64,000 bases of DNA from Candidatus Aminicenantales bacterium (GTDB lineage Bacteria; Acidobacteriota; Aminicenantia; Aminicenantales; Saccharicenantaceae): assembly GCA_049512315.1 (NCBI GenBank), contig JBEKXF010000016.1, forward strand, positions 1-64,000, given 5' to 3'. The notes under the pieces are model-generated. The model was not told the DNA's origin, searched no databases, and worked only from the letters and a program-made list of their open reading frames with translations. The translations under genes were made by a program, and so were the position numbers. Of this stretch, positions 57,996 through 64,000 are shown piece after piece. The number at the start of each line of letters is the position of its first letter. The stretch's first letter is position 1.

Positions 57996-60900
57996 TTGAA
58001 GGTGGACAGCCAGACCATTCGCAGGACCTTGCCCCATTTGTGGGCGCGTCTCCGCGGAAACGGCTTGGCCCAAAAATTTGCCGTTACCGAGCCACCGCTG
58101 CGATCGGAACTGTTCAGCAGCGACCAGATGAAGCAGCATGGCAAGGCCCTGGCGGAATCGCACACGCTGAGTTTGGGAGGCGCTCCGGACCGGCTGCTGG
58201 CGCGGCTCGCGGAGAATGAAGGAGTCCTGATTGGAACCTGCGATCTGCTTACCGCGGCGGTCCAGACCAATCGGAGGATCGCGCCGGCCGGGGAATGGCT
58301 GCTCGACAACTTCTATCTGATTGAAGAACAGATTCGCACGGCCAAGCGCCACTTGCCCAAGGGTTACAGCCAGGAACTCCCACGCTTGCTGAACGGTCCG
58401 TCGGCCGGCCTTCCCCGCGTGTATGACCTCGCGCTGGAGACGATCTCGCACGGTGATGGACGGTTCGACCTCGAAAGTCTCAGCAGTTTCGTGGCCGCCT
58501 ACCAAACGGTGACCGTCCTGAAGTTAGGCGAAATATGGGCCATCCCGATCATGCTGCGCCTGGCACTCATCGAGAATCTCCGACGCGTTGGAGCCAGGAT
58601 CGCCGCAGACAGGATCGACCGCAACCGCGCCGACTACTGGGCGGACCAGCTGACGAAGACCGCCGAGAAAGACCCGAAGAGTCTCATTCTCGTGATCGCG
58701 GATATGGCGCGGTCGAGCCCGCCCATGGTGAGTTCGTTTGTTGCGGAGTTGGCCCGGCGGTTGCAGGGACAGAGCCCCGCTTTGGCATTGCCCCTCACCT
58801 GGATTGAGCAGCGGCTCTCCGAGTCCGGCCTGACGATCGAGCAGTTGGTGCAGTCGGAGAACCAACAACAGGCCGCCGATCAGGTTTCCATCAGCAACAG
58901 CATCGGCAGCCTCCGCTTTCTGGGGGCGATGGACTGGCGCGAGTTCGTCGAGACGATGAGCGTTGTCGAGCAGGTTCTGCGGGAGGATCCTGGAGGAGTC
59001 TACGGCAAGATGGATTTTGCCACGCGTGATCGCTACCGTCATGTCGTGGAGAAGATCGCGAGGAGCAGCCTGCTGTCCGAAAGCGAGGTGGCCCGCAAAG
59101 CGGTCCAATTCGCCCGCGAAGGTGCGGCCAAGAAGGGCAGCGACGAACGAACGGCACATGTCGGGTACTACCTGATCGACAAGGGAGGGCGGCAGCTCGA
59201 ACGAACGGCGGAGGTCGGCCGCTCCATTCCTGAGGTTCTCCGGCGAATGAGCGACCGGTTTCCTTTGCTCCTTTATCTGGGCACGATCGCGCTGATTACG
59301 GCGATTTTCACCGGGAGTTTGTTGGCCAAGGCGCATGCCAGCGGGCTTCACGATTGGCAAGTTGTCCTGATCGGGTTCCCGTTGCTGCTGGGGGCAAGTC
59401 ATCTGGCGGTGGCGTTGGTGAATTGGCTGGCGACCTTGGTGGCGACGCCACGCTTGCTGCCGCGGATGGACTTTTCCGGGGGAATTCCGCCGGAATCGCG
59501 CTCTCTCGTGGTGATCCCGACGATGCTCACGAGCGCTCAAAACATCGAGGATCTGGTCGAGGCTCTGGAGGTTCGGTTTCTAGCCAATCGGGACGAAAAC
59601 TTGCACTTCGGCCTGCTGACGGATTTCCGGGACGCACGGGAGGAAACGATTCCGGAGGACGAGCCCCTGTTGCAGAGGGCCCAGAAGAGAATCGAAGAGT
59701 TGAATGAAAAGTACAAGAGCGCAAAAGGCGACACTTTCTTCCTCTTTCATCGCCCGCGTCGCTGGAACCCTCGGGAACGGCTTTGGATGGGTTACGAGCG
59801 CAAGCGAGGGAAGCTTGAGGAATTGAATTCGCTCCTGCGCGGTGGTTCAAAAGATCGCTTCTCCCTTATCGTTGGAGATATTGCCGTCTTAGCGAACGTG
59901 AAGTACGTGATCACCTTGGACACGGATACGCAACTCCCCCGCGATTCGGCATGGCAGTTTGTGGGAGCCATGGCCCACCCGCTGAATCGAGCGCGGTACG
60001 ATGAAGACAAGCAGCGGATCGGTGAGGGGTACGGCATCCTTCAGCCACGCATGGCCGTGAGCCTGCCCGGCATGAACCGCTCGCGGTATGCACGATTGTG
60101 CGGGAGTGAGCCAGGCATCGACCCGTACACCCGGATTGTCTCCGATGTCTACCAGGATGTGTTTGGTGAAGGCTCATTCATTGGCAAGGGGATCTATGAT
60201 GTCGATGTGTTCGAAGGGGTCCTCAAAGGGCGGTTTCCCGAAAACCGGATTCTCAGCCATGACCTTGTGGAAGGGTGCTACGCGCGGGCAGGGCTGTTGA
60301 GCGATGTCCTGTTGTACGAGGAATACCCATCCCGCTACAGCGTGGACGTGAACCGTCGGCACCGTTGGATTCGCGGGGATTGGCAAATTGCCCGCTGGCT
60401 GCTTCCGGGCGTTCCCGGTCCCGAGAGACGCCGCCGGAAGAATCCGCTCTCCGGGCTGTCCCGATGGAAGATTCTCGACAATCTTCGTCGGAGCCTCGTA
60501 TCGGCGGCGTTGACCCTGCTCTTGCTCCTCGGCTGGACCGTCTTGTCGCCACCCTGGTTATGGACCCTGGCCGCGATCGGAACCATCCTGATTCCTCCCT
60601 GGATGGCCTCTTTTCTGGCTCTGTTTCAGAAGCCGGGCGATGTGTTGCTGCGTCAGCACCTTGCTGCCGCGGTGCGCTCGGCTGGCCGGCACTCGGCTCA
60701 GGCGGCCTTTACGCTCGCCTGTCTCCCCTACGAGGCTTTCTTCAGTCTGGATGCGATTGGGCGCACGGTCTGGCGGATGTGGGTCACCCACAGACGACTT
60801 CTCGAATGGAATCCGTCGGGCAGCCCGGATCGCAAGAGCCGCACGGACCTCGCCGCCTCCTGGCGCACGATGTGGATCGCCCCCGTTTTGGCCACGGCCG

Positions 60901-63900
60901 GGGTGCTCTATCTGACGCTTTCGAGGCCGGCCGCGCTGGGTGTGGCCGGGCCTATCCTGGGCCTCTGGTTTGCATCCCCGGCTATCGAGTGGTGGATCAG
61001 CCGGCCGCTCGCTCGCCGCGAAACAAGGCTGACCGCCGACCAGATCCTCTTTCTCCGGAAGCTCTCCCGAAAGACCTGGGCGTTTTTCGAGATTTTCGTC
61101 GGTCCGGAAGATCATTGGCTGCCGCCGGATAACTATCAAGAGCATTCCGTTCCCGTGGTCAGGCATCGCACGTCGCCGACCAACATGGGACTGGCGTTAC
61201 TCGCGAATTTGTCCGCCTATGACTTCGGTTACATTCCGGCCGGACAACTCATCGAACGCACGGCGAATGCCTTCCATACGATGGAAGTTTTGGAACGGCA
61301 CCGGGGCCACTTCTACAACTGGTACGATACGCAGTCGCTGAAACCGCTGCCCCCCCTCTACGTTTCGACGGTGGACAGCGGGAACCTCGCGGGCCATCTG
61401 CTGACCTTGCGGCCGGGTCTGCTCGCCCTTCCCGATCGCCGGATCATGGAAGGGCGATGGTTTGACGGACTCAGCGACACCCTAAGGATTCTCGTGGACG
61501 CTGCGGGAGAAGCCGCTCCAGCCCGGCTCGCTCAACTTCAGAAGGACCTGGCGTCCCCATCCGCTTCCCGGCCAACGACGCTAGCGGGGGCGCGGCTGTG
61601 CCTCGACCGGCTGGCGACAGCCGTCGCGGAGATGGTGGACAGCCTCGAGGCTGACGCCGAGAGCCAGGCAATGGGGTGGGCGCGTGCCCTCGCTCGCCAA
61701 TGCCAGGGCACCCTCGACGAGCTGACTTTTCTCGCTCCGTGGACCTTGCTGCCGACCTCTCCGGATAGGCCAAACAACTTTCGCGGCCTCGATGAGATCC
61801 CCACGCTGCGCGAACTGGCCGGATTTGAGGGGGAGTGGCTGCCGGCCCTCGGGGATCGCCTCGGCTCGGAGGCGACCCCCGAGGAAAACGAGCGGTTGAG
61901 TGAGCTTCGCCGGCTCATCACCCAAGCCAGCCGCCGCGCTAAAGCGAGGATTGCGGCCATCGAACGCCTGGCGCGGCAATCCGGCGAACTGGCCGATATG
62001 GAGTATGACTTCCTGTTTGACAAGGCGCGTCACCTGCTGGCGATCGGCTACAACGTTGGTGAGCGACGTCGGGACTCGGGTTACTACGATCTGCTGGCTT
62101 CGGAAGCAAGATTGTCCACTTTCGTGGCGATCGCGCAGGGAAAACTGCCTCAGGAGAGCTGGTTTGCCCTGGGGCGCCTGCTCACCACCGCCGGCGGAAA
62201 ACCGGTCCTCCTTTCGTGGAGCGGTTCGATGTTTGAGTATCTTATGCCGCTTCTCGTGATGCCGACCTACGAAGACACCTTGCTCGACCAGACCTACCGG
62301 GCGGCGGTGGAAACGCAGGTCGAGTATGGAAGGCACCGTGGGGTACCGTGGGGGAGTTCGGAGTCCGGCTTCAATATGGTCGACGTTCATCTCAATTACC
62401 AATACCGAGCGTTTGGCGTGCCCGGCTTGGGCCTCAAACGCGGCCTCGCCGATGATTTGGTCATTGCCCCGTATGCCTCAGCGCTCGCCCTGATGGTGGC
62501 GCCCGAGGAGGCGTGCCTGAATTTGCAGCGACTCGCCGCTGAAGGGCTGGAAGGAGAATACGGTTTCTATGAAGCGATCGACTACACTCCGTCGCGCCTA
62601 CCCCGCGGGCAGTCGAGCGCCATGGTCCGGTCGTTCATGGCCCATCACGAGGGCATGAGCTTCCTCTCTCTGGCCTATCTGCTCCTGGACCGTCCGATGC
62701 AGAAGCGATTCGAGTCGGATCCTCTGTTCCAGGCAACCATGCTGTTGCTCCAGGAGCGGGTTCCCAAGGCCACAGCGTTCTATTGGCACACCGCCGAGCT
62801 CTCCGGGGTCCGTACGACTTCCAACGGTTCGGAGACGCCGGTCCGCGTTTTCAGCAGTCCGGACACGCCGATACCGGAAGTGCAGTTGTTGTCGAACGGC
62901 AGATACCACGTGATGATCACCAACGCCGGCGGCGGGTACAGCCGCTGGAAGGATATCGCCGTCACGCGCTGGCGCGAAGACAGCACCTGTGATAACTGGG
63001 GCGCGTTCTGTTACCTCCGCGACGTGGCCACCGGGGAGTTCTGGTCAACCGCCTATCAGCCGACGCTCAAAGGGCCGGAGAAATACGAAGCGATTTTCTC
63101 GGAGGCGCGCGTGGAGTTCCGCCGCCGCGACCACGAATTTGACACCCATACCGAGATCGCCGTTTCGCCCGAGGATGACATCGAGCTGCGCCGCATCACC
63201 CTCACCAACCGCTCTCGGACGCGCCGGGCGATCGATGTCACGAGTTACGCGGAAGTCGTTCTGGCCTCGCCGGCCGCAGACGCATTGCATCCGGTGTTCA
63301 GCAATCTCTTTGTTCAAACCGAGATCCTCCACCCCCAGCGGGCGATTCTCTGCACCCGCCGGCCCCGCTCCCTGGACGAGCACACGCCCTGGATGTTTCA
63401 TCTGCTGGCCGTGCATGGGGCGGAAATCGGAGAAATTTCCTATGAGACGGACCGCCTGAGGTTCATCGGCCGCGGCAACACCACCGCCAACCCCCAAGCG
63501 ATGAGCGGCGCCGCCGCGCTCTCGGGCAGCGAGGGCTCCGTGCTGGATCCGATTGTCGCCATCCGTTATCGAATTACGCTCGATCCGGAAGAAACCGCCA
63601 CGATCAATATTGTCTCCGGCATCGGGGACACTCGCGACGTGTGCCTGGGCCTGATCGGCAAATACCGGGATCGCCGCCTCGCGGATCGCGTCTTCGATCT
63701 GGCGTGGTCGCACAGCCAGGTGTTCTTGCGGCAGCTCAATGCCACCGAGGGCGACGCGCAACTCTACGGACGCCTGGCCAGCTCGGTCATCTATGCCAAT
63801 TCCTCGCTGCGAGCAGACCCGGGCCTCCTCATCCAGAACCGTCGCGGACAATCCGGTCTGTGGGGCTACTCCATCTCCGGAGACTTGCCGATCGTGCTGC

Positions 63901-64000
63901 TGCGAATTGGCGACCCGGCCAATATCGAGTTGGTGCGCCAACTCGTGCAGGCCCACGCCTACTGGCGCCTCAAAGGACTGGCCGTGGACCTCGTGATCTG
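57996..64000 (+). CDS. ndvB: Cyclic beta-1,2-glucan synthase (Cgs/NdvB/ChvB, GT84+GH94), 3'-truncated
   Basis: TTG after AAGGAG; PLRSELFS, EWLLDNFY, GYERKRGKL, LSHDLVEG, RWIRGDWQ, LPPDNYQE, SWSGSMFEYLMP, LLSNGRY; same frame at both ends. Confidence 0.92.
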   Translation, partial: MKVDSQTIRRTLPHLWARLRGNGLAQKFAVTEPPLRSELFSSDQMKQHGKALAESHTLSLGGAPDRLLARLAENEGVLIGTCDLLTAAVQTNRRIAPAGEWLLDNFYLIEEQIRTAKRHLPKGYSQELPRLLNGPSAGLPRVYDLALETISHGDGRFDLESLSSFVAAYQTVTVLKLGEIWAIPIMLRLALIENLRRVGARIAADRIDRNRADYWADQLTKTAEKDPKSLILVIADMARSSPPMVSSFVAELARRLQGQSPALALPLTWIEQRLSESGLTIEQLVQSENQQQAADQVSISNSIGSLRFLGAMDWREFVETMSVVEQVLREDPGGVYGKMDFATRDRYRHVVEKIARSSLLSESEVARKAVQFAREGAAKKGSDERTAHVGYYLIDKGGRQLERTAEVGRSIPEVLRRMSDRFPLLLYLGTIALITAIFTGSLLAKAHASGLHDWQVVLIGFPLLLGASHLAVALVNWLATLVATPRLLPRMDFSGGIPPESRSLVVIPTMLTSAQNIEDLVEALEVRFLANRDENLHFGLLTDFRDAREETIPEDEPLLQRAQKRIEELNEKYKSAKGDTFFLFHRPRRWNPRERLWMGYERKRGKLEELNSLLRGGSKDRFSLIVGDIAVLANVKYVITLDTDTQLPRDSAWQFVGAMAHPLNRARYDEDKQRIGEGYGILQPRMAVSLPGMNRSRYARLCGSEPGIDPYTRIVSDVYQDVFGEGSFIGKGIYDVDVFEGVLKGRFPENRILSHDLVEGCYARAGLLSDVLLYEEYPSRYSVDVNRRHRWIRGDWQIARWLLPGVPGPERRRRKNPLSGLSRWKILDNLRRSLVSAALTLLLLLGWTVLSPPWLWTLAAIGTILIPPWMASFLALFQKPGDVLLRQHLAAAVRSAGRHSAQAAFTLACLPYEAFFSLDAIGRTVWRMWVTHRRLLEWNPSGSPDRKSRTDLAASWRTMWIAPVLATAGVLYLTLSRPAALGVAGPILGLWFASPAIEWWISRPLARRETRLTADQILFLRKLSRKTWAFFEIFVGPEDHWLPPDNYQEHSVPVVRHRTSPTNMGLALLANLSAYDFGYIPAGQLIERTANAFHTMEVLERHRGHFYNWYDTQSLKPLPPLYVSTVDSGNLAGHLLTLRPGLLALPDRRIMEGRWFDGLSDTLRILVDAAGEAAPARLAQLQKDLASPSASRPTTLAGARLCLDRLATAVAEMVDSLEADAESQAMGWARALARQCQGTLDELTFLAPWTLLPTSPDRPNNFRGLDEIPTLRELAGFEGEWLPALGDRLGSEATPEENERLSELRRLITQASRRAKARIAAIERLARQSGELADMEYDFLFDKARHLLAIGYNVGERRRDSGYYDLLASEARLSTFVAIAQGKLPQESWFALGRLLTTAGGKPVLLSWSGSMFEYLMPLLVMPTYEDTLLDQTYRAAVETQVEYGRHRGVPWGSSESGFNMVDVHLNYQYRAFGVPGLGLKRGLADDLVIAPYASALALMVAPEEACLNLQRLAAEGLEGEYGFYEAIDYTPSRLPRGQSSAMVRSFMAHHEGMSFLSLAYLLLDRPMQKRFESDPLFQATMLLLQERVPKATAFYWHTAELSGVRTTSNGSETPVRVFSSPDTPIPEVQLLSNGRYHVMITNAGGGYSRWKDIAVTRWREDSTCDNWGAFCYLRDVATGEFWSTAYQPTLKGPEKYEAIFSEARVEFRRRDHEFDTHTEIAVSPEDDIELRRITLTNRSRTRRAIDVTSYAEVVLASPAADALHPVFSNLFVQTEILHPQRAILCTRRPRSLDEHTPWMFHLLAVHGAEIGEISYETDRLRFIGRGNTTANPQAMSGAAALSGSEGSVLDPIVAIRYRITLDPEETATINIVSGIGDTRDVCLGLIGKYRDRRLADRVFDLAWSHSQVFLRQLNATEGDAQLYGRLASSVIYANSSLRADPGLLIQNRRGQSGLWGYSISGDLPIVLLRIGDPANIELVRQLVQAHAYWRLKGLAVDLVI

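Overview
GC-rich bacterial chromosomal window. The gene content (Ser/Thr kinase-TolB-TPR, DUF5916, Oar-type TonB receptor, many secreted peptidases) suggests an Aminicenantia/Acidobacteriota-like organism; this is an inference. About 40 genes are present: peptidases and hydrolases, transporters, ychF, aroD, pyrB, tag, an RRM protein, and a cyclic beta-1,2-glucan synthase running off the right edge. No rRNA, tRNA, CRISPR, transposase or integrase was seen. Most notable: (1) a five-gene minus-strand operon (36565-41894) encoding a KAS III, two paralogous radical SAM enzymes, a bacterial ceramide-synthase/YghO-like GNAT and a CDP-alcohol phosphotransferase, a candidate undescribed membrane-lipid pathway; (2) two diverged copies of a ~250-nt intergenic element (13159-13398, 18541-18815) with compensatory base-pair changes, plus a related folded element at 9542-9756; (3) five copies of the RRM gene 3'-end/terminator bracketing accessory gene blocks (46.7-57.8 kb); (4) two families of 24-bp inverted-repeat elements; (5) a vasohibin-like Cys-His-Ser protein. 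Family assignments come from motif recognition by eye, not database searches.
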